In this document: positions 32,194 to 42,529 of the stretch, piece by piece
Layout: each line of letters begins with the position of its first letter
How positions within the stretch are numbered: the first letter of the stretch is position 1
NCBI GenBank assembly: GCA_963845145.1
Contig: CAWJQU010000002.1
Location: 96,001-160,000 of the forward strand
Origin: an uncultured delta proteobacterium
GTDB taxonomy: Bacteria > Desulfobacterota > Desulfobacteria > Desulfobacterales > QNYZ01
Length of the DNA stretch: 64,000 bases
Reading direction: 5' to 3'
Position numbers and translations under genes: made by a program
Notes under the pieces: model-generated
Databases searched by the model: none
Seen by the model: the letters and a program-made list of their open reading frames with translations, nothing else
Told to the model about the DNA's origin: nothing

Positions 32194-33810
32194 ATGGACA
32201 TCAATGACCTGGTAATCAAAGCCGTCATATTTGACTTTGATGGAACCCTGACTCAACCCGGCGCCCTCGATTTCTCGGTGATAAAAGCAGCGGTAGGCTG
32301 CCCCTCTGACACCCCTGTCTTAGAGTATATCAACGCACTTACCGACATAAAACAAAAACAAAAAGCAAATGAAAAGTTGGAAGACTTTGAGACTTCCGGT
32401 GCTGCGGACTCAAAACCCGCTGTGGGGGCGGAAGTCCTCATTGGCTTTTTACGGGACAAGAAAATTCCCATCGGCATCGTTACCCGCAACAGCCGCCGAT
32501 CCGTCGATCGGGCCTTGAATAACTTTTCACAGGTATCGGCCGCTGATTTTGACCTGATTATATCCCGTGACGATAACCTGGCCCCCAAACCTGACCCGGC
32601 AGGCATTGTATATGCATCTGCGTATTTCAACCTTGCCCCGGCCAACCTGCTGATGGTCGGCGATTATTTATTCGATATCGAAGCGGGGAACCGGGCACAA
32701 ACGCCCACTGCGCTGATCGCCGAGAATATTGAGGCACCGGGCTTTGTCAGCCACCCCGATATCGTCCTATCCGATCTTAATCAGCTTAAAACCTTTATTG
32801 AGATGCATCTTCCCTTGCCGGCCGGAAAATTCCCTAACGATCTTCTGGGTAAGTACCTTGACGAGTTGACCCATAATGACCCCCAGTTGTTGATCAGCCC
32901 CGGTGTGGGTGAGGATACAGCGGCGATCGCCATCGAGAACGAAGAGGTGTTGATCCTGAAATCCGATCCCATCACTTTTGCAACGGACGCCATCGGACAA
33001 TACGCCGTATTGGTCAATGCCAACGACATTGCGACGGCCGGTGCAGAACCCCGTTGGCTCCTGTCTACCCTCATCTTCCCGTGCAAAACAACACCGGCGA
33101 AAATACTTGGCATTTTGCGGGATTTAAAAACCCATTGTCAGAAATGGGGTATCACCCTATGCGGTGGGCATACAGAAATCAGCGATGCGGTTAACCGACC
33201 TGTCATCAGCGGCATGATGGTAGGGACGGTGAGTCGTTCCAAATTGGTTGACAAACAAAACATTCGTCAGGGAGACGCGATACTGGTGACCAAAAAAGCG
33301 GCAGTGGAAGGCACCTCTCTGATCGCCAGGGAATTTCCCCAAAGGCTTCTGGATGCGGGTATGACCGAAGACGAGATTAAGTATTGCCGGACATTCATCG
33401 ACCGGATCAGTATCCTGGCCGAGGCCCGCATTGCCAGAGATAATCCGGGCGTCAGCGCCATGCACGATGTCACCGAAGGCGGTTTGGCAACCGCTATATG
33501 GGAGTTAGGTGCCGCGGCAAAGCATACTTTTAAAATTGATTTGGATCGTATTCCAATTTATGCAGAAACGCAAAAAATTAGCGATATGCTGGGTATTGAC
33601 CCCCTGGGATTGATCGCTTCGGGCAGTCTGCTGATTTGTTGTCATCAAGCAAATTGCGAGGGGCTGATTAAAACGGTTCAACAGGCAAATATCGAAATAA
33701 CCATGATCGGAGAGGTCCTTGCACCCGGCACCGGTGTAAAGGCCACCCGGGGTGATCTCCCGACGACCTGGCCACAGTTCGCAACGGATGAAATCACCCA
33801 ATTATTTTAG
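32194..33810 (+). CDS. HAD-family hydrolase fused to an AIR-synthase (PurM)-like domain
   Basis: FDFDGTL, KPDP and VGDYLFD; then GVGEDTA, DPIT, NANDIA, GGHTE and MHDVTEGG. Confidence 0.85.
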   Translation: MDINDLVIKAVIFDFDGTLTQPGALDFSVIKAAVGCPSDTPVLEYINALTDIKQKQKANEKLEDFETSGAADSKPAVGAEVLIGFLRDKKIPIGIVTRNSRRSVDRALNNFSQVSAADFDLIISRDDNLAPKPDPAGIVYASAYFNLAPANLLMVGDYLFDIEAGNRAQTPTALIAENIEAPGFVSHPDIVLSDLNQLKTFIEMHLPLPAGKFPNDLLGKYLDELTHNDPQLLISPGVGEDTAAIAIENEEVLILKSDPITFATDAIGQYAVLVNANDIATAGAEPRWLLSTLIFPCKTTPAKILGILRDLKTHCQKWGITLCGGHTEISDAVNRPVISGMMVGTVSRSKLVDKQNIRQGDAILVTKKAAVEGTSLIAREFPQRLLDAGMTEDEIKYCRTFIDRISILAEARIARDNPGVSAMHDVTEGGLATAIWELGAAAKHTFKIDLDRIPIYAETQKISDMLGIDPLGLIASGSLLICCHQANCEGLIKTVQQANIEITMIGEVLAPGTGVKATRGDLPTTWPQFATDEITQLF

Positions 33811-33845
33811 CCCGATAGTCTTAGCCGGCTAGTCTTAGCCCGATA
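33807..33845. repeat. 14-bp tandem repeat (about 2.8 copies)
   Basis: TTAGCCCGATAGTC TTAGCCGGCTAGTC TTAGCCCGATA, beginning across the stop codon of the HAD fusion gene. Confidence 0.7.
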
Positions 33846-33962
33846 AATGTTGCAGGGTTATTTTAATGACACGATCTTGGTGGCATCGTAAGGCTGCGTT
33901 AAAAAGCCGGGGTCAAACAATCTAATTCGATTTTTTATCCAACCGATCACCTTGCCGACGAA

Positions 33963-34331
33963 CTATCTTCCTGGAACGATAATGCGCGAATCTTCCTGTT
34001 GTTGGGCTTGCTCCTTCTTTTGCATCTCCTGGAGGTTTTTTACAATCTCTTCCAGCGCTTTCTGCATGGCCTGAGGAAAAACATCCATCGCCTCCTCTAA
34101 GGAGTTGGCCACCAGTCGTGATTGTACCGGCACCGGTCCCTCAGGTGACATCAGTTGGGTTTGCCCCAGATAAATCGGTGTACGGCCGGGGTCGTCCGTC
34201 CCATCAGTGTTTACCGGGACGAGGCGTCGAATTGAGGCCACTTTCAGATCGGTAAAAGATTCCTCTCGAAAAAGACCTTTTCGATCAACCGTAAAATCGA
34301 TTTCCTGGGGCTGCGCGTTCTCGTTCATCAT
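33963..34331 (-). CDS. hypothetical cytoplasmic protein
   Basis: Clean ORF with a GGGAG SD (LFREESFTDLKVASIRRLVPV...SRIIVPG); no function recognised. Confidence 0.75.
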   Translation of the reverse strand: MMNENAQPQEIDFTVDRKGLFREESFTDLKVASIRRLVPVNTDGTDDPGRTPIYLGQTQLMSPEGPVPVQSRLVANSLEEAMDVFPQAMQKALEEIVKNLQEMQKKEQAQQQEDSRIIVPGR

Positions 34332-34547
34332 CTTACTCCCTTCTTTGGGTTAGTTTTTTCTCTGGTAAAACCTATTTCAATATATTTGTCAATTCTCTTT
34401 GAAAAAAATGACAAAGATAAGAGCCGTTAAAATAAAAGACGGTTCCAAGAAAACCACAATGATACCGTGATCCTACGCTTAACTATAACAGCGGCGGAAA
34501 CGCCGGTTGGCAGGAAAAGATATGATAGGGGCGAAGCGGAGGTAGCA

Positions 34548-34997
34548 TCAATCAATATTCACACGGATTTGTTGAGGTTTTTCTTCTTCCGGTTTGGCAA
34601 TACTGACTTTCAGAATTCCGTCTTTGAATTGGGCGCTGATTTTTTTGGGATTTACCTGATATTCGAGACTGAAGGAGCGCTGAAAAGTGCCGAAGCACCT
34701 TTCCCGCCGGTAATACCTGTCATTGGGTACCAGATCATCCGCCTTTCGCTCGCCTTTCAGGGTCAAAACATTCTCCTTGACCTCAACACTCACATCTTCT
34801 TTGTTTACCCCAGGCAGCTCCGCCTTTACGATCAGACCTTCTTCGGTTTCGAAGATATCCACAACAGGGCGCCAAGCGCACAAAGAGAGATCGTCTCCGC
34901 TTTCGCCACAACGCGGGAAAGCATCTTCAAACAACCGATTGATGCGTTCTTGCAAAGTATTCACCTGCCCATAGGGTTCCCATTTAATAATCGCCAT
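34548..34997 (-). CDS. Hsp20/alpha-crystallin small heat shock protein
   Basis: WRPVVDIFE, AELPGV, LTLKGERK, ERCFGTFQRSF, FKDGILKV; GGAGG SD. Confidence 0.94.
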   Translation of the reverse strand: MAIIKWEPYGQVNTLQERINRLFEDAFPRCGESGDDLSLCAWRPVVDIFETEEGLIVKAELPGVNKEDVSVEVKENVLTLKGERKADDLVPNDRYYRRERCFGTFQRSFSLEYQVNPKKISAQFKDGILKVSIAKPEEEKPQQIRVNID

Positions 34998-35160
34998 GGT
35001 TTACACCTCCGTCCGTTTTATCGAAAAAATAACCACCGCACTATTCATGTCAAGCGCGTTTGCCCAATAGCGCAGGCCGATCTCCTGACATACCCCAAAA
35101 AAGGTAGAAAACGGTGGTGCCCAACTAGAATGTAACCGCTTCCGTACGTCTCAAAGCGGT

Positions 35161-35190
35161 TTTACAAAACGGATCTTTATATGCTATAAT
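35161..35190 (+). promoter_or_regulatory. putative sigma70 promoter of hsp20-lon
   Basis: TTTACA-N18-TATAAT with an extended TG. Confidence 0.55.
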
Positions 35191-35246
35191 GCTCGGGTCA
35201 GATTGATTGACCCATAATATCTCATCCAAGACCACAGAGGCCCCAA

Positions 35247-35693
35247 ATGGATTATATTAAGATACGATTCGGTGGTGATTTTGACGACCTGACATCGAAC
35301 CTGGATCGATCGTTTTCCGATATGTTCAGCGATTTAAAGCCCCAATTCAGGTTAGCAAACCAATCTTGGAACCCTGCCGTGGATATTTACCAGACTCCGA
35401 AAGAGATGATTGTTCGGATGGAAATCGCCGGGGTTGAAAAAGAAGATTTGAGTATAGAAATCAACAGCAGGGCTGTTCGCATTCGCGGGCGGCGAAGTGA
35501 ATTAGCTCGCCTGGCTGATTCGGCCTACCGCCTGGCGGAAATTCAGTACGGGCGATTTGAGCGGGTCTTGTACCTGCCGGAACCCATTGACCCGCAAAGT
35601 GTAACTTCTACTTACCTTAACGGATTTTTGGAAATTCATATGGCCCGGTTCAGACAGGAGAAAACGCATAAAATACCCATTCAAAACGGATAA
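35247..35693 (+). CDS. Hsp20/alpha-crystallin family protein
   Basis: WNPAVDIY, MEIAGV, EIQYGRFER, YLNGFLEI. Confidence 0.9.
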   Translation: MDYIKIRFGGDFDDLTSNLDRSFSDMFSDLKPQFRLANQSWNPAVDIYQTPKEMIVRMEIAGVEKEDLSIEINSRAVRIRGRRSELARLADSAYRLAEIQYGRFERVLYLPEPIDPQSVTSTYLNGFLEIHMARFRQEKTHKIPIQNG

Positions 35694-35774
35694 TGCTTAC
35701 AGTTTTAGAACGATCACCGGCATGATACAATCGACCGCGAACGTTAGATAAAAAGACCGGAGGCATCAATGGCC

Positions 35775-35920
35775 GACCAGAAAAATAAAAATCAGAAAAA
35801 TAAAAGCAAAAAAAATAAAGACCTGGAAAATAAAAACATAGAAAAGAAAACCCAGGAAAGAATAACCGGGGAAAAATAACCCGGAAAATAATAACCGATA
35901 ATAATAACCGGGATAATAAC
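35775..35920 (+). repeat. degenerate 15-nt A-rich tandem repeat at the 5' end of lon
   Basis: About ten units such as GACCAGAAAAATAAA, AATCAGAAAAATAAA, GACCTGGAAAATAAA, AACCCGGAAAATAAT, AACCGGGATAATAAC; three units are 13-14 nt. Confidence 0.8.
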
Positions 35921-35941
35921 AAGAAAGTTCCCCCGGAGACA

Positions 35942-38266
35942 TTGCCGGAAATACTTCCTATACTACCCCTGTTTGATACCGTCTTGTTCCCGAAGATGGT
36001 TCTTCCTTTGGTAGTCATGCAAAAAAAATCTGTCCAGCTCGTTGATGAGGCCATGCAGGCCAATCGCATCATTGGGTTGCAACTCGCAAAGCATAAACCG
36101 GAAGATGGCGACCCCGATGAGAAAGATCTGTATCAAATCGGTACCGGTGCCATGATATTGAAAATGGCCAAGAGTAGCGAAGATAAGGCGCAGCTTCTGG
36201 TTCAGGGGCTGGAAAGATTTAAAACCACAGAATACCTGCCCGGTAAAACTTATCTTCAGGGAAAAGTAACACCTATCACCGAGATTGAAACCAAGGACAC
36301 TGAAACCGAAGCCCTCCATAAAAATCTGTTGACCTTGTTTGTGCGCATCGTTGAGTTATCGCCGGGATTACCCCAGGAAGTCGGGGCCATGGCCAGTTCC
36401 ATCAAAGAGCCCGGCACCCTGGCTGATATGATTGCCTCCTCCATTGACACGTCTTATACGGACAAACAAGCCGTTTTAGAAGAACGAAATGTGAAAAAAC
36501 GGCTCAAGGCAGTAACGAGTCAGGCCAATCACCAGCTACAGGTCCTGGAGTTGGGAAGCAAAATTCAATCCCAGGTCAAAGGGGACATGGAAAAGGGACA
36601 GCGCGAGTACTACTTGAGGCAACAACTAAAAGCGATCAAGGAGGAACTAGGCGAAACCGATGAATCCCAGGTGGAAGTTGAAGAACTCCGGGCTAAAATT
36701 ACCGAAAAGAACCTACCGGAAGAAGCCTCAAAGGAGGCCGAAAGGGAGCTAGCGCGACTATCGCGTATGCATCCATCGTCAGCGGAATACACGGTGGCTT
36801 CTACTTACCTGGACTGGCTGACCGCCCTGCCCTGGCATGACCGCACGACCGACAATTTGAACATTACCAAAGCCCGCAAAATTCTAGACCGGGACCACTA
36901 CGGCCTGGCCAAGGCCAAAAAGCGAATTATCGAGTATCTGGCCGTCCGTAAGTTAAAAGCCGACTCCAAGGGGCCTATACTTTGCTTTGTCGGCCCTCCG
37001 GGTACGGGCAAAACATCTTTGGGTGCCTCCATCGCCAAGGCTATGGGAAGAAATTTTCATCGCATTAGCTTAGGCGGTGTCCGTGATGAGGCCGAAATTA
37101 GAGGGCATAGACGAACCTACGTGGGGGCCTTACCTGGCCGAATCATCCAAGGGTTGCGACGGGCCGGTTCCAATAACCCGATTTTCATGCTCGATGAAAT
37201 CGATAAGGTGGGAAGCGACTTCCGAGGCGACCCTTCTTCCGCTCTTTTGGAAGTACTTGATCCGGAGCAAAACCACTCCTTCACCGATCACTATCTGGAC
37301 GTGGCCTTTGATTTATCCAACGTCATGTTTATTACGACGGCCAACATCCTTGACACAATCCCCCCCGCGCTAAGAGATCGCATGGAAGTGCTGCCCCTAT
37401 CGGGATATACCGAGGAAGAAAAAATTAAAATCGCCAACCGTTACCTCATCCCCAGGCAACGCAGAGCCCATGGACTCTCGTCGAAACAATTCGCGTTAAC
37501 CAATGGAGCCGTCCGGCGATTGATCACAGGGTATACACGGGAAGCCGGGTTGCGTAACCTGGAACGTGAAATCGCCGCTATCTGCCGAGGCGCCGCAGCT
37601 AGAATTGTTGAAGGAAAAAAGAAGAAGGTGGCCCTTCGCGTAGAAGACCTTTCCGACTACATCGGCCCCGTCCGAATGACCGCTGAAACCCGCTCCCGCA
37701 TGTTGATTCCGGGCATCGCCCTTGGCCTGGCCTGGACGCAAACCGGCGGAGAACTGCTATTTATCGAAGCGACGGCCATGAAGGGGGGGAAGGGGTTAAC
37801 CCTGACAGGTCAATTGGGTGATGTCATGAAAGAGTCCGCCACGACGGCCTTAAGCTTCATTCGTACCAATGCCTCAAAACTGGACATTGACGAAGACTTT
37901 TTTGAAACCAACGACATCCATATCCATGTTCCCGCTGGTGCCATTCCCAAAGATGGCCCTTCGGCTGGGGTCACCATGTTGACGGCCCTGGCATCCCTGC
38001 TCATGGGGCAACCCATAAAAAAAGATCTCGCCATGACCGGCGAAATCACCCTGCGGGGCCAGGTGCTTCCCGTGGGCGGTATCAAAGAGAAGGTCTTGGC
38101 TGCACATCGGTCCGGGGTCAAAACGCTTATTCTTCCTGAAGCCAATCAGAAAGATCTGGAGGATATCCCCAAAAAAGTTCGCGATACGATCGCTTTTCAT
38201 TTTGCCGGTAAAATGACTGATGTTCTTAAAATAGCCCTAACATCGAAAAAAACAAGCGTCGGTTGA
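35942..38266 (+). CDS. lon: ATP-dependent Lon protease
   Basis: [49 protein letters not shown]. Start uncertain: the SD-preceded ATG at 35769 is out of frame. Confidence 0.93.
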   Translation: MPEILPILPLFDTVLFPKMVLPLVVMQKKSVQLVDEAMQANRIIGLQLAKHKPEDGDPDEKDLYQIGTGAMILKMAKSSEDKAQLLVQGLERFKTTEYLPGKTYLQGKVTPITEIETKDTETEALHKNLLTLFVRIVELSPGLPQEVGAMASSIKEPGTLADMIASSIDTSYTDKQAVLEERNVKKRLKAVTSQANHQLQVLELGSKIQSQVKGDMEKGQREYYLRQQLKAIKEELGETDESQVEVEELRAKITEKNLPEEASKEAERELARLSRMHPSSAEYTVASTYLDWLTALPWHDRTTDNLNITKARKILDRDHYGLAKAKKRIIEYLAVRKLKADSKGPILCFVGPPGTGKTSLGASIAKAMGRNFHRISLGGVRDEAEIRGHRRTYVGALPGRIIQGLRRAGSNNPIFMLDEIDKVGSDFRGDPSSALLEVLDPEQNHSFTDHYLDVAFDLSNVMFITTANILDTIPPALRDRMEVLPLSGYTEEEKIKIANRYLIPRQRRAHGLSSKQFALTNGAVRRLITGYTREAGLRNLEREIAAICRGAAARIVEGKKKKVALRVEDLSDYIGPVRMTAETRSRMLIPGIALGLAWTQTGGELLFIEATAMKGGKGLTLTGQLGDVMKESATTALSFIRTNASKLDIDEDFFETNDIHIHVPAGAIPKDGPSAGVTMLTALASLLMGQPIKKDLAMTGEITLRGQVLPVGGIKEKVLAAHRSGVKTLILPEANQKDLEDIPKKVRDTIAFHFAGKMTDVLKIALTSKKTSVG

Positions 38267-39057
38267 TGAACCGATCCCCCAAGGATAGTCCCCGGCCCGT
38301 CAACAAAGGACACCGAGTATCACTTATAAAGATGCTATCGGTAGTGATCCTGCTGGCGGCCATAGCGATAACCGGCTGCTCGCGCCATTCGACCTCGACA
38401 CCTCCCCGACAGCCCGGTGCACCCAAGCCATACAAGGTTTTAGGCAAATGGTATCAACCCTTGCCCAATAGCCAGGGATTTACGCAAAAGGGGTTGGCTT
38501 CCTGGTACGGCAAAAAATTTCATGGCCGCAAAACAGCCAACGGTGAGCGCTACGACATGTATGGTGTCAGCGCAGCCCACAAGACGCTTCCTTTAGGGAC
38601 CTGGGTGCGCGTGCTCAACCTTGAAAACCAACATTCCCTTGATATTCGCATTAATGATCGCGGTCCTTTTGTTCGTGGGCGCGTCATCGATCTGTCTTAC
38701 GGTGCCGCAAAAAGAATCGGTTTGATCGGACCAGGAACAGCCAAAGTTGAGCTTATCGCTCTGGGAAAAACCGGTGCACCACGTCCGGATGGGAAGCCCA
38801 CCTATCAACCCGTGGATTACCACCAGGGTAATTTTACGTTTCAGGTGGGTGCTTTTATAAACCGCTTGAATGCCGAAAACTTCGTGCGCAAGCTTGACGC
38901 TACTTATTTGAATGCACATATGGTGACAAGTCGTGAAGGCGAGGACATACTCTATCGCGTCCGGGTGGGTCACAGCAATACCCTTTCCCAGGCAACAGAA
39001 TATGAGAACTACCTGGTCAAAAACGGTTTCCCCGATGCATTTACCGTGGCCGAATAG
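38263..39057 (+). CDS. rlpA: septal ring lytic transglycosylase RlpA family lipoprotein
   Basis: Lipobox ITGC, GLASWYG, TANGE, AAHKTLP, INDRGPF and a C-terminal SPOR domain. Confidence 0.92.
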   Translation: MMNRSPKDSPRPVNKGHRVSLIKMLSVVILLAAIAITGCSRHSTSTPPRQPGAPKPYKVLGKWYQPLPNSQGFTQKGLASWYGKKFHGRKTANGERYDMYGVSAAHKTLPLGTWVRVLNLENQHSLDIRINDRGPFVRGRVIDLSYGAAKRIGLIGPGTAKVELIALGKTGAPRPDGKPTYQPVDYHQGNFTFQVGAFINRLNAENFVRKLDATYLNAHMVTSREGEDILYRVRVGHSNTLSQATEYENYLVKNGFPDAFTVAE

Positions 39058-39099
39058 AGAGGGTAAACCGTGTTTGACTTCTTGGGCCCTGCGTAGTCT

Positions 39100-41319
39100 A
39101 TGACGCATCGCTCCCAACCGCCCCACGCTCGACCTTCACCTGCCGCCCAAATCAGCATCACCGGCCATCTGGATAAAATCACCTTTCGCAATTCCGAAAA
39201 TCACTATACCGTGGCCCGCCTTCGCGTCAGTACGACCGATAGCCTGATCACCGTTATCGGTTATCTGCCGGGAGCGCAGCCCGGTGAAACCATTAAAATA
39301 AATGGCGAATGGGAAACCCATCCCCGTTTTGGCGAACAGTTCCGTGTGAATCTCTTTGAGATTTTACTACCCGATACCATTGAAGGCATTCGCCAATACT
39401 TAAGCGCCGGCCTGATTAAAGGGATTGGCCCGAAAATGGTATCCCGAATCGTGGATCATTTTGGTAAAAAAACCCTGACCATTATTGAAAAATCCCCGCT
39501 TCAATTAACTGAAGTATCGGGTGTGGGCCAAAAATCCGCCCAACGTATCGGTGACGCCTGGCAGCAGCAGCATACCGTCCGCGGGTTGATGCAATTTCTT
39601 CAGGAGAACCGTCTATCAACCGCTTACTGTGCCCGACTGATCAGCCTCTACGGCGATGAGGCCATTGAGGTCCTACAGAAGAGCCCCTATCAAATCGCCC
39701 TGGATTGGCCTAAGGTTGGATTTAAAATCGCCGATACCATTGCCGTCAGCCGGGGATTAGCCAAAGACGATCCGGATCGCGCTAAAGCATGTCTTCTCCA
39801 TCTGATCACCATGGATGCCGACGAGGGGCATGCCCTGGCCGAGAAGGAGAATCTGACCCAACGATGCGTGGCTCTGTTTGACGTGGCATCGGAGTGTGTG
39901 CAGCTCGCCCTTGATCAACTAAGTACCGATGGCGAATTGGTCGAAGAAGCGGATTTGTTGCCTGACCATCGCCGGGCTATTTATCTCAAAAATATCCATC
40001 GCGCCGAAATAGGAATCGTCCAAAAACTGGATGCACTCAACCGGATTCCCCTGCCCATGATTGCAATGGATCATGAATGGATGGCCGAGGAAATTGTCAG
40101 GAAGCTGGCAATTTCACTTTCCGACGAACAGCGTGGCGTTCTCGAAGGCCTTCTGAACCACCGGGTAACGGTTCTCACCGGTGGCCCCGGAACTGGTAAA
40201 ACGACCCTCATTCGCTCCTTGGCTGCCGTATATACTGCCCGAGGGCAGAGCGTGATCCTGGCGGCACCTACCGGCCGGGCCGCGAAACGATTATCCGAAG
40301 TGAGCGGCCAGCCGGCATCCACCATTCATCGTTTGTTACGTTTCAACGTCCAGACCGGCCTCTTCGATAAAAATCGGGACGATCCTCTGGATGCAGATAT
40401 CGTCATAATCGATGAAGCTTCAATGGTCGACACATTACTCATGAATCACCTGTTGGATGCCGTTCATCTGAACACAGCCGTAGTTTTCGTAGGGGATGTT
40501 TTTCAACTTCCGCCGGTGGGACCCGGCAATGTGCTCGCTGACCTGATCGAAACGGGCACGATTGCGACTTTCCAACTGACCCGCATTTTTCGTCAGGCTC
40601 AACAAAGCCCCATTATTACCAATGCTCACCGAATACGAACCGGGAAATCTCCAGATCTCACCCCCAGCGAATCCTTTGAGATACTAAACGATTTTTACTT
40701 CATCGAAATGATTAATCCTGCCTCGGCCGTCGCGACCATCGGCCAACTTTGTGCTGATCGAATACCAGAACGGTTTAATCTCGACCCCATTGCGGATATT
40801 CAGGTCATAACCCCCATGCACAAAGGTGATGTGGGAACGATTAACCTGAATCGGGCGCTGCAAAAACGACTGAACCCAAAAGGGAGGCATCCAGGCCAAC
40901 CCGCCGGCACTTATCGTAGAGGGGATAAGGTGATGCATCTAAAAAACAACTACCTCAAGGAAGTGTTTAATGGCGATATCGGAAGAATCGAAAATGTGAA
41001 AGAAAAAAACGGCGGTCTTGTTGTCGACTACGATGATCACCGTGTTGACTATGACAGCACCGAATTGGAAGAATTAACCCTGGCCTACGCCGTTTCGGTC
41101 CACAAAGCTCAAGGGTCCGAATATCCGGCGGTGATCCTGCCCCTTTTCACCCAGCACTATCCCTTGCTTCAACGCAACCTGTTATACACAGCCATAACGC
41201 GGGGGAAAAAACTGGTTATTCTTATCGGCACTCCGCGCGCCGTTGAAATTGCGCTGGCCAACAATACGCCGCGACAGCGGTTGTCAGGCCTCGCCCATCG
41301 CCTAAAACGTCTTGAGTGA
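39100..41319 (+). CDS. recD2: ATP-dependent RecD2-like DNA helicase
   Basis: N-terminal OB/HhH region, TGGPGTGKTT, APTGRAAKRL, DEASM, GDVFQL, AYAVSVHKAQGSE, YTAITRG. Confidence 0.93.
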   Translation: MTHRSQPPHARPSPAAQISITGHLDKITFRNSENHYTVARLRVSTTDSLITVIGYLPGAQPGETIKINGEWETHPRFGEQFRVNLFEILLPDTIEGIRQYLSAGLIKGIGPKMVSRIVDHFGKKTLTIIEKSPLQLTEVSGVGQKSAQRIGDAWQQQHTVRGLMQFLQENRLSTAYCARLISLYGDEAIEVLQKSPYQIALDWPKVGFKIADTIAVSRGLAKDDPDRAKACLLHLITMDADEGHALAEKENLTQRCVALFDVASECVQLALDQLSTDGELVEEADLLPDHRRAIYLKNIHRAEIGIVQKLDALNRIPLPMIAMDHEWMAEEIVRKLAISLSDEQRGVLEGLLNHRVTVLTGGPGTGKTTLIRSLAAVYTARGQSVILAAPTGRAAKRLSEVSGQPASTIHRLLRFNVQTGLFDKNRDDPLDADIVIIDEASMVDTLLMNHLLDAVHLNTAVVFVGDVFQLPPVGPGNVLADLIETGTIATFQLTRIFRQAQQSPIITNAHRIRTGKSPDLTPSESFEILNDFYFIEMINPASAVATIGQLCADRIPERFNLDPIADIQVITPMHKGDVGTINLNRALQKRLNPKGRHPGQPAGTYRRGDKVMHLKNNYLKEVFNGDIGRIENVKEKNGGLVVDYDDHRVDYDSTELEELTLAYAVSVHKAQGSEYPAVILPLFTQHYPLLQRNLLYTAITRGKKLVILIGTPRAVEIALANNTPRQRLSGLAHRLKRLE

Positions 41320-41444
41320 TCACTACCAGCCTAACGATCCCGCACACCATCAATCCAAGAAAATGAGCTGCAAATACCGAACGCAGCCATCACGACCAGC
41401 AAATGTGTGACGCCATCTCATTCTGAACGAAGTTGGGATGACCT

Positions 41445-42122
41445 TTAAAACTGGTAAGCAACGCCGATGCAAAAAACAGGGTAGAGCCTGAATTTTTTTG
41501 TTTCATCCTCAATCTCCGCCTCTTCGTTGCGAAGGTGGCGACGGAACTCAGGGTTCGAGGCGATCGGGCCCGTGGCCGAGAGGTCGGCTTGGGGCGCTCC
41601 CTGAAACAAAAGGCCCAGATCCATAAAGAAACTGACCCGGTGCTTCTCTCCTACAGAATTACCCCATCCGATACCCAGATAGGGCGAAACACGATTAAAG
41701 TCGATGGTACCATCCAGTTCACCGACATCTTGGCGGGAATAGGCAACATCGTCAATGATAAACAGGGGATCGTTCGTGCGGGCCTGTAAATCGACGTTGT
41801 TACCGTTTATCACAACACCGGCACTCAGTCGGAAGGCGCTTTGAAGAAAATGCCAGTCTGCCATCAGGGAGCCGGAAAGCAAATTGAAATCAAACTCATA
41901 ATCGATATCATCGATTTTTTGATCGTAGGTGTAGCTAAATGCGTTTATCCCGACCCGGGCGTTTACGTGGGGTAAAATTCCGTAAGTCATTTCCACCCCC
42001 AGTCCGAGTGTGCCGAGTTTGGCCCCCAACGCCACGTTACCAGTGTCCCCTTCAGCAATAGCACCATTTATCAGGAACAACAGGCAGCCAAGAAAAACGA
42101 TAGGCATTCGGTGTCGCTTCAT
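41445..42122 (-). CDS. putative outer-membrane beta-barrel protein
   Basis: Signal peptide, GTLGLGVE, PYLGIGW, alternating beta pattern, C-terminal YQF; AGGAGG SD. Confidence 0.75.
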   Translation of the reverse strand: MKRHRMPIVFLGCLLFLINGAIAEGDTGNVALGAKLGTLGLGVEMTYGILPHVNARVGINAFSYTYDQKIDDIDYEFDFNLLSGSLMADWHFLQSAFRLSAGVVINGNNVDLQARTNDPLFIIDDVAYSRQDVGELDGTIDFNRVSPYLGIGWGNSVGEKHRVSFFMDLGLLFQGAPQADLSATGPIASNPEFRRHLRNEEAEIEDETKKFRLYPVFCIGVAYQF

Positions 42123-42529
42123 TGTCATCCTCCTATATTGGGCATCCGCAGTGAGTTCATGCCGGTACCACAGCGAGTGCGGATATACCATTGTTGTGTA
42201 TTAGAAACAACCTCAGGCAATAGGAAGCGCCGGCCGTCTCAACCTTTCACTGGCCGGATGAGCACCCATAACCCGAATTCATGTCGCCTGATACACTTTC
42301 CTAAAAGAAGCGAGGTGGCAAGGGCCTTGATAGCCCGGTGCAATTGTGTTAATGCTCATAAAATTTTTAATGATTTAATCGGTTCACTGTTACCTTGTTG
42401 TATCCTGTTTATTTTAAACAAGATAAAGTAAATACAATATCGGTTCTTTAGTCGATAGAATTCCGGATATGTGATAAGCGAAAACGATACCGCCAATTAC
42501 CTGATTGATCGAGTGAAGGATTAACGTCC

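Noticed and set aside
32800..33810. PurM-like domain as selenophosphate synthetase SelD, suggested by selA in the window
   Set aside because: It lacks the N-terminal Cys/Sec-x-x-Lys motif of SelD.
33807..35920. Short repeats as a CRISPR array
   Set aside because: Units are 14-15 nt, directly adjacent, without unique spacers, and no cas genes are present.
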